Positions 1-14,369 of a stretch of 64,000 bases of DNA are shown piece after piece. The notes below the pieces were generated by a model. The model searched no databases. It saw only the letters and a list, made by a program, of their open reading frames with translations, and had not been told where the DNA came from. A program made the translations under genes and the position numbers. The first letter of the stretch is position 1. Each line of letters begins with the position of its first letter. Source of the stretch: the human T2T-CHM13v2.0 reference genome, Homo sapiens; NCBI RefSeq assembly GCF_009914755.1, contig NC_060926.1; one strand, given 5' to 3'.

Positions 1-99
1 GGCATATTACTCTAAAAATGAAAACAGTCACAGAATTATTTTTCCCAAAACTTGTAAATAGCCAAATTTTATTCAGAACAATATAACTTTAAATGTCTC

Positions 100-650
100 T
101 ATTATTTGAAGAAAGACATAAAAATGTATTTCTCTGAGCTGCACAAGACCCAGAATGCTCTACCAACAGTATATTTAAATACTGAAGCAACAGATTCTAG
201 GCTATTTAAACTCTTCCAGGATATAAAAATAAGTAAATAAATAAATATATTAAAAACAGCTTAAAATTCCTTTTGAGAAGCTCATGTTAACAAAAAGAAA
301 ATTAAAAATAAATTATTATTCAAAAACAAAACCAAAAATTACAACTATTAAAAAATTCAATTTAGTAAATTTAAAAAGGAGTATAAAATAGGATCAGGAA
401 GAGGTTACTCTAGAACTTAAAGAATAATTCAATATTAAGTCACATTTTTCATCATATCAGTAAATCAGATGAAAAAAAAGTTGACCTTATGAATAGAGGC
501 CAAAATAGTGTTTGATTAAATATTGAATTCATTCTTGATGTAAAATAGTATAAAAATAAACATTTAAAATATAAGTGTAAAAATAACAAAGAACATATAA
601 CTTGACCCAGTCAATATTATGCATATTGGAAGAAAACAAAAGCTTTTCAT
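100..650 (+). mobile_element. Old L1 (L1M) ORF2 fragment, highly degraded
   Basis: A-rich; segments such as 'gaatagaggccaaaatagtgtttgattaaatattgaattcattcttgatg' resemble the L1 RT-region consensus 'caatagatgcagaaaaagcatttgataaaatccaacatcccttcatg'. Confidence 0.55.
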
Positions 651-1612
651 AAATGTGCTGTTACTTCTCTAAGAAAAAAAATTGGAAGGAGGAGGATAAA
701 AGAAGGAAGAGTGGTAATTTGACAGTGTCTTAGATTCGAAGAAGTACTATTCATAGCTGTTAAAATCTTGTCCATAAATAGAATATTTTCTCAGCTAATC
801 ACATGCAGGATTACATGCAGGAGTACATGCAATCAGGGCCTATGCATCTATCCTTTCTGAACTTTCTTCAGTGTTTAAATACAAGACTAGATGAAAGAGG
901 TAGAAATTACTGAAAGTAGAATTTCCCTCCACACATTTTCTTCTTAACAAGAAAGAAGATCCCTTACCAAATTGTTAGCTGAAAAAAATCAGTATTTCCA
1001 AGAAATGTATATATTTGTGTTAATTAAGCTAATTGTTTTCTTAATACATACTGTGAAATGTAATAATCACTGATCTATCTATAAGAGTAAATTACAACAT
1101 TTTATAGCCCCTGTCTAATTACAAATTCTCTTAAAAGCTTTGGAAGCTTTTGGAAATTAAAACCTTTGGAAATTCTCTTAAAACCTTTGGATTCAGAGAA
1201 ATCTGATGAATTTTGACTTCAGCATAAAATATATTGTTTAACATGTATGACATCAACAAATTAAAATCAGGTTATAAAAATAGGAACCCTAAAGGGGTCA
1301 AATCTCAATATATTTCCAAAAACCAAATGTTTCTGCTTAAAGAAGAAAACTTTTACTTCTGATTTTAAAAAGAAAACATGAATCTTAAAATAGTTACACT
1401 AGGCTCCCAAAATGTTATTGTATGATTATAGGAGTTTATTTTTGCACCTTTGAAAGTGTATTTTGATAATATATTTTAAACAGAAATGCTTTGTGCTAGT
1501 GCTTTGTGTGAGTATAGTGACTACTTCAGACTCAAAGTTGTGTTGAAGTGATGAAAAAGATATTGTATTTTGAACCCTTGACATTCTTGTTTACAGAATT
1601 GGCATCAGCTAT

Positions 1613-2018
1613 TGTCTTAGTCCATTTAATATTGATATAAAGGAATACCTGAAGCTGGGTAATTTCTAAGGAAAAAAGACTTATTTCGTTCACTCTTCTT
1701 ACAGTGGGAAAGTTCAAGATTGGGCATCTGCATCTGGTGAGGGCCTTAGGCTGCTTCCACTCATGGTGAAAGGCATCAGCCAGTACAGAGATCACCTGAA
1801 GAGAGAGGAGGCAAGAGAGAGAGGGGGAGGTGCCTGGCTCTTTTAACAATCAGCTCTTGTAGAAATTAAGAGGGGGAACTCATTCACCCTGAGGGAGGGC
1901 ATTAATCCATTCATGAGAGATCTGCTCCGATGACCTAGACACTCTCAATAGGCCTCACCTCCAACATTGGGGATCCAAGTGAAACATGAGGCAAAGGACA
2001 AACTTCCAAACCATAGCA
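1613..2018 (-). mobile_element. MaLR solo LTR, MST family (MSTB/MSTC-like)
   Basis: Starts 'tgtcttagtccattt...aaggaatacctgaagctgggtaattt', ends 'ccaaaccatagca'; 5-bp TSD gctat/gctag. Confidence 0.9.
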
Positions 2019-2899
2019 GCTAGTTATATCATCTAGAACATCCAGAAGATATCTGATCACTTACAAGTACACTGGTTTCTAGTCTTCGAAGCCATGTATT
2101 GGGACACATTGTAATACGTGGTACCTTCCAGTTGTTGGGGTTTTTGTGATATACAGAGCTTTTGAACATTTTTTCAGGTTTAGAATAAGTAACTGTGCAT
2201 CAACTTTGTAATCTAACTTGGTGCCCTCCTGCTTTGACTGAAAGTCTCTCTTCCTGATTCCATCATAGACAAAACTGAAAGAAGCCACAGAACACATTTG
2301 CTTTGGCATTTGTCAAGACTTCCTAACTTTTTAAGTAAAATAAATTTTAAAGCAGAATAAAACAGTATTTGACTCATGGACTCTTGAGAAATCCAGTATA
2401 TGATCCAGTGTCTTCACAGTGTGACTATAATGTCAATTAAACTTAAGAGGAATTAACAAAATCTGTAGTTAATTCAAATGTGATGTGGAGTAAAAGTGAC
2501 AAAAGCAAGTGACAAAAATATCATTTTATTTAAATATGAAACACAATATAATATATTTTTATTGATAACTTTATTATGAAATTATGAAAATATGCACATT
2601 GAAAGTATGAACACCAAGTTTGTAATATTGGGGCAAAGGGAGATCTAGATGTGGACAGAAATCTGGAAATGGTTTTACATTTTGTAATACGCTAAAAAGG
2701 AATATACATCTACTTATGTATTTGTGTGAGTATGTGTATGTTTGTATGTGTTCCGAGAGAGCACATATAGTTTTGTATAGTAATTACACAGATAGATTGA
2801 TAGGATTAAGAGTATAGGCTTTTCAGCCTGATTTGTTGAATTTGAAGCCTCTTCTCCTAGCTTTGGGGAAAATATTTGGGAGCAATATTCATTATCTCT

Positions 2900-3239
2900 T
2901 TAGGAGAGGATTAGAATTCTCTACCCCATTCATATCTATCTTCTCCTTTCAACTTGCTTTGATCAATGAACTGTGAGGGAAATTGACATCTGTCTCCTGA
3001 GCAAAATCTTGTGAAACCAGCATGTCCTTCACATTTCCCTCTCCTCCTGTGTTTGTGATCATGGAAACAAGTGGAGATAGAGCCTCAGTCAGCTTGGATC
3101 CCTGAGTCATTATGATGCACAAACTCCACTGCAATGCACATGTAGCATGCGTGAGAAATGAGGCTTTTGTGTTTTAAGTCACTGAGGCTATTGTTTTATA
3201 TACAATTGTAGCATAAGCTAGCTTAGTCTGACAGATACA
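2900..3239 (+). mobile_element. MaLR LTR, MLT1I/J-like
   Basis: 'cagcttggatccctgagtca', 'gtagcatgcgtgagaaat...gttttaagtcactgag', 3' end 'ctgacagataca'. Confidence 0.7.
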
Positions 3240-3818
3240 GATGCATTGCTATTGTACTTTTTACATGTCTAAATTAGAATAAGTTTAGAAGACTGGTGTG
3301 TTGTTGCTAAATGAATATAAACTCTCATGCATTGTTTTCCAGCAATCAGACCTTATCAGATCTGAGCACTTAGGATACAAATACATGCATTTCAGTCTGT
3401 TCTCAAAGTGTGAATAAAGTAGGGGGTGAAGAGAAAAGTAGTCACGTGAAAAAAATAAATAAAAATATGTTTTATAACAGGATGTTAAGTGCATTTTCTT
3501 CAGTGATGTCCGTTATTCTTTTGATACTCCACAGTAAGGACAATGGGCATTAGCTGAAGAGGACAGACCATCTCATCTGACTTCCCAGTCGGGGTGGTCT
3601 CGGAGCTGATTCTGCAAACCTTAGCCCATAGGCACCTCCAAACAAGAGCATCTGCAAAGAGGAGGCCAGGATATTGAAGAAATGAAATTGGTGGGGTTTT
3701 CCTTGAAGAGAATTGTGGGCAAATTGTGCTCCTCCCCCTTCCTTGGACCCCTCCTCCCCCACCACCTCAAGAAGAGTGAAAGCGGCATCCAAAGAATGGC
3801 TTAATGAGCAGAAGCCGG

Positions 3819-4346
<528 letters not shown>

Positions 4347-5244
4347 TTATCTCATGGGAGGTAGCAGAACTGTAGACATCTTAAGAGACTCAGCCCCAGA
4401 GAACTGGCTCCGGGTAAGGTGACTGAGAGCCGCCTGTGCCAGGGGCACTTCGGGAAGCGTCCGCCCTGGGGGACTCGGTGCCCTGGGAGGCTGTCCCTTA
4501 CACAATCACCATCCAAGGGGTGATTAAAGGGGCAGAATTTGGGAATTTTTCACAGAAGCCCCAGTCCAGAAAGATCTGGCCTTTTCTTCAAATCCTCTCT
4601 CACTCCTGTGCCTGACCTTAAGGTCAGCTAGAAAGCAGGTAAGACTGGAATAAAGAAAGAAGAAAAGTGGATGTGCTACTCCCTACTCCTCTGCAAGCCT
4701 GGAGAGCCTCGAATCAAGCCTGGGAGTGGGACGGGGAGCTGGAAATGAAGTTATTTTAGACTAGGTTGCACTTTTTTCCTTTTTTTTGCAAACATACAAT
4801 GCATAAGTCAAGAATTCTAAATGTACAGCTGGATGATTTTTTTCTTATCTCCACCCATGTAAACCCTAGCCAGAACTTCTCAGGAAACAAACAATAACCT
4901 GACTTCTATCACTTTAGATGGCTAACTCTTCTTGAGCTCTCCATAAACGGAATTATGCATTATGAAATCTTTTGTGGCTGGCTTCTTTCCCCCTACATTA
5001 TGTCTGTGGGTGTCATGCTGAGGGTCGTGTGGTCGGCAGTGTATTTTTACTGCTGTATAGCTCCCCGTGGTGGGAATGTATCACCACTGGCTTATCCATT
5101 CCATTAGTGATGGATGGATTGTTTTTAGGCTTTGACTATTAGGGATTAAACTACTATGAACATATTTGTATGTGTGCTTCTCACGGGTAAAGTGCATAGG
5201 AGTGGACTTGCTGGGTCACAGAAGACCACATTGAACATTCGTAA

Positions 5245-5832
5245 TGTAGGGAAAGGCAGTCTCATACTCACCCCCACTCAGCTACGTAAGAATGGGCTTG
5301 GGCCTGGAACACTTCCTTATCAAGAGATAGAGTCCTCGCAGCTTGACCTGGGCTTGTCACCTTGTGTGGGACTATCTTTCCCTGCTTCTGAGTCAGTGTG
5401 TGCACTCCTTTGTTCTGATTAAGTGAATGTATGAATGGTTCTCCCCAGCTTTTCGTATTTCAGATCCCACAGCTGCGGGAGGGAATGGGAAAGGTGGGTT
5501 TTGGGGAGGGGATTCTTTTACTGCAGCATAAAGTGGGATGCCTGCAGCCATACTGCCCACCTTGGCTTTGGAGTGGATCTGCTGCCTATGGGGGACTGGC
5601 ACGTTTCAAGGGACTGGATCTTGTAAACACTCTCTCTCTCATTTTGGTGTAAGTAAACACTGTACCACTTGAGCCTGCTAGGCGTCTTGTCTGCTCTCAG
5701 TGACCTCAAATCATGCACTGGTCTCTCCCCTGGGCGGCGCTTCTTCCCCTGTTAACCTTGACCACATTTGACCACATTCTTGTGATAGTCTATCCTGCAG
5801 CACAACCTGACCACCCAGTGAACACTGAAACA
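5245..5832 (+). mobile_element. ERVL-type solo LTR (MER74-like) nested in L1
   Basis: TG...CA termini ('tgtagggaaaggcagtctcat'...'ctgaaaca'); L1 sequence resumes directly afterwards; degenerate TSD cgtaa/agtag. Confidence 0.7.
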
Positions 5833-6022
5833 AGTAGATCCTGCTAAACAATTTTCCTAGGTTCATGTAAAACTTTATACTGTAGTCAGCAGTGTATGAG
5901 AGTTCCAGGTGCTCCACTTCCTCACATATTAAATTTTACATTGAATAGTCTTTTAAGTTTGAGTCATTGTGTAGTGGTGTCTCATTGCATTTCCCCAATA
6001 AGTAATGATGTCGTATTGACCG

Positions 6023-6052
6023 TGTGTGTGTGTGTGTGAGTGTGTGTGTGTG
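6023..6052. repeat. (TG)n microsatellite
   Basis: TG run with a single interruption. Confidence 0.95.
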
Positions 6053-7177
6053 AAGTTCCTTTTCTAGTCTTTTGACCACTTTGACCATTTTTATTGAGGA
6101 GCTTCTTTTTATATATTCAGGACACAAATCCTTAGTTATATATATAGTAATTTTCCCCAGTGTGTGCTTGAGATTTTCACTCTCTAAATGGGTGTCTTTT
6201 GATGAGCAGAAATTGTGAATTTTAGGAAAGTTTAATTTATCAATTATAGTTATAGTTGTGTACAGTTTGGAAAATCGTTGCCTATCCCAATGTTATAAAA
6301 ATAATGTCCTATGTTCTCTTTTAAGAGGCTACATGATTTTACATTTCTCACCAAGGTCTCAGATCTAGTTGATGTGATTTTTGCAAATCACAGACTCGCT
6401 TTTGTATAGGGTATGAGGAGGGGGTCAAAATAAATTTTTCCTCATAGATATCCAGTTGATCCAGCACCTTTTATTGAAAAGGCCATTCTACACACTAAAT
6501 TGTAGTAGTTCTTTTGTCAAAAATCAGGTGACTATATATAGAAACGTCTGTTTCTGATCTGTTTTCTGTTTTATTATTCTGTGTGTCCATGCTTGTTCTA
6601 ACACCTTACTGTTTGATGTACTTTAGCTTTATAGTAAGTTTTGATATTTAATCATGTAAATCCTCAAACTTTGTTCTCTTTCAAAGTTATCTTGGCTATT
6701 AAATTCTTGGTATTTCCAAATATAGTTTTAAAACAGTGTCAGATAATGCTGCTTTTGTATTACTTAAAGGTGAAATACTCAGTACCTGAACACAATGACA
6801 AATTCTATGATCTGAAACTAACCTCTGGGTGTGGGAATTTGAAAGTTAGTGGATAAAGAGAGTAGCTATGTTTTCTGCTTTCATCTCACTAAATCTAGTT
6901 TATTTAACAATCAGATTGCAATAACATAATAAATTCTATAGTAAGATTGTATATAATTAGCTATATATTGGAAGAGGAGGAAAAAGTTATAACTGTGAGT
7001 GCTGATGAAGCTAACATTTTACATGCATTTTGAAGTGTGAATAAACATTAAACAGGAAGAAAGGGCAGGAAAAGAAATGTACTTATTTCATGGAATAAGA
7101 TGTAAGAGATGTGAAAGAAAAATATGAGAAATGTAATCAGTAATGCTTTAAAAAAAAGAAAGTAGGGAAGCCGTTAA

Positions 7178-7575
<398 letters not shown>

Positions 7576-7714
7576 TTGGATCTGTACTTTCTAACAGAGC
7601 ACCACAACTAGCATTTCTAACAAATGCTGCAAATCTTAAAGACAATTGTGTTCAGCATAATCTAAGAATACAGAGCATAAAGGCCTATTTTAGAAAAAAT
7701 ATTAAAAGCATAAT

Positions 7715-8830
7715 GTTAAAATTCAACACTTATTTTTAGAACCTACTGTGTGCCAGGCACTTTAAAAAATTCTTTTAATACAAGGATGAGCAAAATTGGC
7801 GAAATCTCTGCCCCTGTGGAGTGACCATTCTAATGAAGAAAACAGTAAGCAAGTTAAGAAGCAAATGCATAGTATAGTGTTAGGTTGTGATAAGGGCTAT
7901 GAGGAAAAAATGAAGTGTGGTTGAATATAGAATGACACAATGTGTGTGTAGAGAGAGTATTGTTGGAGAGAAGGCTCAGACGTGAAAGAAATGATGAAAG
8001 AACCACACCAATATCTGGGGCAAGAGGGAATAGCCAATCAGAAGCCTTAACGTAGCAAGAGCTGGGAGGTTTAATAAACGTCAAGAAAAATAGTGCAAAA
8101 GTGATATAGAGTGGCAGAGGGAAAAGTAGTAAGTAACAGATACAAAAGATGAGCAGGACCTAGATTCCCTGTGGCCTAGGAGATAATGATGAAGACTTAT
8201 GGATTTGTTTCATGTGATGAAAATCTGTTATAGAATTTGAGTAGGAAATGATGTGATCTGATCTATGTTTTTGAAAGAATCGTTTTGGCTCTTGTTTGGA
8301 AAATAGCCAGGGATTGAGGTGGTGAAAAAAAATAGTAATGGAAGTAAAGGGAACAGTCAGAAGTGACTGCAGTAATTTAGAAGAGAGATAATGGAAGCAT
8401 AGCCTGGGGTAGTAGCTACAAAAAAGGTGAGAACTCGATTTAGGATGTGTTGTGAAGATAAAGTTGACAGGCTTTGCCAATGGAATGGACGTGGAGTGTG
8501 TAAGAAATAGGGAATCCAGGCTGATTTTTAAATTGAGGGCCTGAGCCACTGGATAGTTAGAGATGATATTTCCACTAAGACTGGAAGTGAGGGGAAGCAC
8601 CATATTTGGGGCAGGGAGGAATCAAAGTTTCTGTTTGGAGTGGTTAAATTCAGAATGCTTCTCAGGTGTCCCAGGAGAGGTGTTAATTTGGCAGTCAGGT
8701 GTCTGAATCTGCACACAGAGGGGAGGTCAAAGCTGGACATGTTAGTTTAGAAATAACCAGCATTTGGGTAAGATTTAAACCTATGACATAGGATAAAATT
8801 ATCTAGAGAGAGCATTTACTCAGACAGCTC
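7715..8830 (-). mobile_element. L2 LINE 3' fragment (~1.1 kb)
   Basis: L2 tail 'attcaacacttatttttagaacctactgtgtgccaggcac'; minus-strand translation PVAQALNLKISLDSLF resembles the L2 ORF2 C-terminus. Confidence 0.9.
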
Positions 8831-9204
8831 TCAATATTCAGGAACATAAGCCTAGCCAGACTGGCTCAGGATAAATACAGTTTTATGTAGAAGATGAATA
8901 GGTGTCCATGTAGAACCAAAGTGAAGGCACAAATAAATACAAGTCTATCATCTCTCTTGGTTACACAGAGTACATGAGGCAGTAAAGGATAAGGATTAAG
9001 CTCTCAACATGTGAATGTCTTGAATTCAGACTTCAAACAGAACTGAATTTGAATCTGTTTCCCACCAGCCAAATGAGGGTTTGGTGACGATGACCATGAT
9101 GATGACAATGACTTACATTTCTTAATGTTTCCCCTATGTGTGTTGGACTTTTAAACTTGTTCCAGTACAGGTAGGAAAAGGAAATTCACATTAGTTTTTA
9201 TGTG

Positions 9205-9280
9205 AGATATATATATATATGACACACATGTATATACACCACACACATATACACACACGCACACACACACACGCACACAG
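9205..9280. repeat. Compound (TA)n/(CA)n microsatellite
   Basis: Seen directly; adjoins the tail end of the FLAM. Confidence 0.9.
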
Positions 9281-9282
9281 AC

Positions 9283-9400
9283 AGAGACGGGGTCTGTGTG
9301 TGCTGCCCAGGCTGGTCTCAAACTCCTGGGATCAAGTAATCCTCCTGCCTAGGTCTCCCAGAGTGCTGGGATTACAGGCATGATCCACTGTGCCCTGCCC
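9283..9400 (-). mobile_element. FLAM / Alu left monomer
   Basis: 'gagacggggtct...caggctggtctcaaactcctgggatcaagtaatcc...gtgctgggattacaggcatg'. Confidence 0.9.
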
Positions 9401-10301
9401 TAAATATATATTTTTATATAGCAGGAAATCAAAAAAGAACATGAGGATTACAAATTTTAATCACAGAGGGAAAGATTTTGTGAGATAGCATAATTTCATG
9501 TTCAGACAGCAAGTCTTTAGCTAATTCTTTAATTAAAGCTGTGACAAAACCATTTTTTAAAAAAATGTTTTGTGACACCTTTACCTGTGAAGTTTTGAAA
9601 GATCTGCACTTGGTAAATTTAGCATCGTTTAATTTTTCTTTTTCCTACAGTAATTACAAAATTCTGGAGGGAGGAAAAAAATGTAATATTCTCCAGGAAT
9701 GAGAAGGGAAGATAATACTTTGAGCTATACTAGACATAATCATTTTTGTACATGCACTTTCAGAAGAGGTACCATGCTGTGGACTGAAGTTGAAATGAAA
9801 CACAGTAATTGTCTCCAGCATTAAATACCCATAGGCATATTTTTACAAGAACATACATTAGTATATGCCTGCTAGATACATAACAATGTGTGAGTATATT
9901 TTAAGAGAATCTTAATATGACTAAAAAATAGCAATCAAATTGTTCACAATTTCAGGCTCAAAATTGAAAAGAAGAGGAAATTTTTTTACTAAAAAATTAT
10001 ATACACAGAGACAGTGATGCGAAGTTGAGCACTAATGCAAATTAGGATGAAATATGAGAAGTAATCAGTTCCAACCATCTGCCTAGCTTCTCCTCACTTC
10101 TGCCCTTCCCTAGCAGGGGTGAGCTAAAGTTTTTATCTCGTATGGAGATGGGAAATGACAGAGAGTGAAAGGCTAGTGGGAAAGTTGCAGGCACCCCCTT
10201 CTCTAAAAGCAGGAGGCTGTGGGTGAGTACTGCAATTTTGTTTTTCTAATTTGTTCTTGAGGTTTCTCTCTGGAAAATGAGTATGAATTCTAACCCTGCA
10301 T

Positions 10302-11151
10302 TGACAGGGCTCCAGTGATTTGGTCATGGATGTCTACAGTGACTTCTTTATCCTAGTGGATGGCCTAATGCCTAAGTGTTGCCTAATGCCTAAGCGTTCA
10401 ACCCATGACCAGGTGTCCCACTCACAGGAAACATGCTTATACCAGCAGGCCCCCTTGTGGCTCTTGTCTGACCTATGCCCAGTTTATTTCTACCAAGATA
10501 TCCATTGTGTAAGAGAGCTTTCCCTTGGAAAGAAGTTAGATTCAGGTGTGTCAGTCAGATGAGATGCAGAGGAGGCAATGCAACTAAAACCATATAATAA
10601 TAGAAGGAGTTTATTACTTACAGATTAGAGAAAAGGGCAGCCCTCCTTGTAGGGCCAATGGGTAGGGGGAGCCATTCTAGACATACATGCTCAACCAGAA
10701 CCAGAAAGTGGAGAGCAAAAGAGAGAGTGAGGGGCCTGTGTGCTAAAGCTTTTATTGGACTCCAAGATATTATCCAGGTGGGTTTCCATGGGAGTTCTAA
10801 TTTGCAAGTTTAAATTAGACAAGCTGGTGCAAAACAAGCTGGTGCAAGTTCTATGTGGCCATGCTGTTAACCGAGACATTGTCACTGCAGCATATCTGTG
10901 CAGTCTATGGGGGATGGAGGAGTCAGTGGGGTAAGCCAATAGGTGATATCTAGCTGTCTTTTAGGGAAGATGGTCAACAGGGGGCAATTGTATAAGGCAG
11001 ATATCTGGATTACCACATTAAGGAACTGGGATGAAATAGAGAACTGGAAATTGTGCCAAGGGTGACTAAGCCCTGTTTCTTGTATGAGAAAGTCCAACTT
11101 ATATTCAAAGTGAATGCCAAGGCAACATAAAATTACAGGAATTCACTACCA
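10302..11151 (-). mobile_element. ERVL solo LTR (MER54-like)
   Basis: Right end is the reverse complement of 'tg(g)tagtgaattcctgtaattttatgttgcc'; perfect 5-bp TSD tgcat (10297-10301 and 11152-11156). Confidence 0.85.
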
Positions 11152-13499
11152 TGCATCCCCATGCTCCTGAATTTTTAAGTCCAAACTCCCTATATCTAGC
11201 TGATAATATGGGTGCCAAGTAATATGGAAATTCCTGGAATTTCTGCTGCTAATTGGAAGTCCCAGCCCATTTCATTCAAGGTAATTTATCTTTGGGTCCA
11301 ATGTCAGCATTTTATGACACTTAGATGCTCTCATCAAAGATGTGTGTATGAAATGGCTTAAGGAGAAAATAGACACAGAACAGCCTGCCTTCGCCCTGTA
11401 ACAGGGCTCTCAGGTAGGTCCAGCCCACCCTGGGGCTTGGAGTGATTTCAGATACTCTGAATGCCTCTGGTTCCCAAACTGCCATGGGCTTGCTGGTGGA
11501 AAAAAACAGACCTTGATACCCTTACTATGAATTATATATATGATTGGCTAACTGAAAGCAAAACCATAATGGAACATGACTGCAGACAGGTATATATTCT
11601 CCAGGGGGCCCGTGTTTCGTTGGGGCAAACACATCTCACCAGGTGAATGGCCTCAATGGCTGGAGGCAGCATGAACTCTAGACTTTTGGATACTTGGATA
11701 ATTTATTAGGAACAACGGCAGACAGAGTTGAAGCTAGTCTTTGAGAATATTCCCTACAAGCCAGCACAGACCAAAATCTTTCAGGTATAAAATTCTCTTT
11801 TTTCTTACTGTAGTATATCTTTGGCAACAGGGGTACACAGATCATGGAAAACTTAAGAATGTAAGTTACATTTTAGTAGCTCCATTTGCTTCCAGGAGTA
11901 AGGTGGAATATACATGTGTCCGAAGAGCTTTCTTAATTGGATGTAAGCTTACCCTGATCTACTTTAGTCCAGATTCCTTGTTATTAAGCTTTTTATTGCT
12001 GCAGCATATTCTCTAAATATAATTTACTCATGATGATAATTAATCAACATTACAGAAGAAAGCTATAAATGTAAGGTGATAATATAAAATATATATTTCT
12101 ATGTCATATATTACATAGTAAATAAAACACATACTAAATCAAAAGTAATATAATAAAATAAAAATAGATATAGGCTAAAATATATATGTACACATAAACA
12201 TTTAGTGTAAATGTGCATATAAAATGAGAAAAAGGAAAAACATTAAAATAATACTGTAGGTAGGTAGGGGGATTGTTTAATTTTTCACATATTCCAAAAT
12301 CTTTAATTACTATTTTATAACTTACACAAATTGTAGAATAACTTCTCTTGTTTAGTAACAGCATAGAGGGGAGAGAGGGGAGTAAAACTGGCAGAAATGG
12401 GTATGTTTGATCAATGTTGATCCTTCAAACTACAGTGATCCACTTCTGAGAATGAGGAGCTCACATTTAATGAAGGAGTAAGCCAGGTTCTTACAGAGTA
12501 TGAGATTCAGCTTCTCCTATCATGACGCGGGGTCAGGCTCTGGGCCAGGAGAGCAATGGCCAGCTTTGGAAGCCATATCTCAGGTCACATTCAAAAGCAC
12601 ACATTTTCAAGTCTTTTCCTAATGCTGCTTTTGTCACATTAGAATGAAATTTGCCCTCTGAGTTGAAATATTCTATAAAAAACACAATCTTGCTTAAGTT
12701 AAAATTTAAATTTAGCTTCTCTGACAGCTGGGATGTGAAGAGACAGTGAAGAGATTCCGACTTTTGGCATTGTCAGCAGTTTCCCCTGAGAGTGGAGTTC
12801 TGTCTTTCTGCAACCTGCAGCTCTCGCTTTCCTGCTGTGACTGAGCCAGTGGGATCGTCGGCCAGGAGAGGGCGGCCTCACCCAGTGAGACATAAATCCA
12901 GAAGCTCCCTATGAAGGCACTAGGAAGGTGAAACGCAATCATCACCTACACTTGCTCTGCTTTCTGCGTTTTCAGCATTCCACCTTAGAGCGTCAGGCTT
13001 AACTTTGGAGGTGTTAAATTTCCATGCGTCCATGAAACACTACAAGTATTATTTCAGCAGCTTGGAGAAATCCCAAATACAAGTCAGGAAGTTACCTCCG
13101 TCAGAGGCTTGCGGCCTCACCCTTGCATTGGGTCTCAGAGAAAGCTTCCTTTCTGTAAGACATTCCAATCATCACACTGTGGCTAAAAGGCCAAATATAG
13201 GAGAGATATTTGCCCAGATATAGCAAAGCTGATGTTGGTTTGCCTAGGCAATTTAATAAATGATGATTGTATGCAGGTGTTGGCTAAATAGCCGTAGACT
13301 ACATAACTACATAACTACATAAGTTAGATAACTTATGAGGTCTGTTGGAGAGAATGGGAAAGTGGGTGTGTGGGGATGTTTGGCACAGCTTGGGGCTATG
13401 GCTATAAGAACCTGAGTCTAGGATTTGCCATAGAATATTCTGTAAGCAAAAAAGACACCTACTTCTCAGTTATAATTCTCATTAGGATTTTTGTAACTT

Positions 13500-13600
13500 T
13501 TTTTTAAGCTGTGAAATCCACAGCTGTGTAACTCTGAGAAAAATCAATTAACCTGTCTGAACCTAGGTTTCCTCAAATACATTCAGTCTGCACTCCCAGG
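13500..13600 (+). mobile_element. MIR fragment
   Basis: 'agctgtgtaactctgagaaaaatcaattaacctgtctgaacctaggtttcctca' is MIR core-like. Confidence 0.55.
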
Positions 13601-14369
13601 ACCTCACTTTAAGAGAAACCTGAATCTCTTGAGCACAAGCATTTGGATGGGTGTTATTCCCTTCCTGCACACCTGCTGTGCTTCAAAGAGAGAACTTATG
13701 TAACCTTTTTCCTCATGTATCCCTGCTTTGAAATCTGTAAATTTCTATCTTTCTCTACCCCTTTCTGATTTCTTTTGATTATTATTTCCAACTTCATTGA
13801 TTCCTTCAAACTACTTTCCATCCACTAAATATTTCTAATGAGCCCTGTAAATTTTTCTTTACCACTGTGGAAAAATGTAAAATACTTTTTGTTCTCAACA
13901 AAGGATTGCCAACCCCATCTAGCAGTAAAAGGAAGAAGAAAAAGCGTGACACATTAAAAACAGTAAGCATTGATTTCTCTGGCTCTACCTACAGACCTGT
14001 TACCATGAGGCCTTTAGTCCATCTTCACCGCCGCTTCTCCTGCGTTTGTCTTTTAAAGTTTCAGGGGACTCTCACAAATAGGGTCTTACTCAGAGCCTCC
14101 TGCTGCTGATGACTGGCATTGTTGAGCCAGTGGGGCTGGTTCCTCTGGCTCCTCCTGGCCAGTTGTCCACTGCAGGTGTCACGGATCCAAGAATTACCTC
14201 TGCTGGGCACCTCCCTCCCACAAAATGGCACCCTGCTTCCAGGACATGCTGAGTCCTATCTCCAGGCATTCTTGGTCTTCCCTTAATGTTCCAGAGTAAT
14301 GTTTTATCTAAAACATTCCTGTGTTGAAGCTCAGTAAATGTCAGCACAAGTGGGCAGAAGTGTATTGCT

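Larger units (their letters stand above)
4773..6745 (-). mobile_element. Old L1 (L1MC/L1ME-type) 3' portion, interrupted by an LTR at 5245-5832
   Basis: Antisense L1 motifs 'ggagtggacttgctgggtca', 'cagcagtgtatgagagttccag', 'gatatccagttgatccagcacc', 'gtctttt gatgagcagaa'. Confidence 0.85.

Noticed and set aside
8160-8603. 147-aa minus-strand ORF
   Set aside because: It lies wholly within L2 and only briefly resembles L2 ORF2 before drifting out of frame; it is a decayed repeat, not a gene.
13298-13322. (actacata)n short tandem repeat
   Set aside because: An ordinary slippage repeat of about three units.
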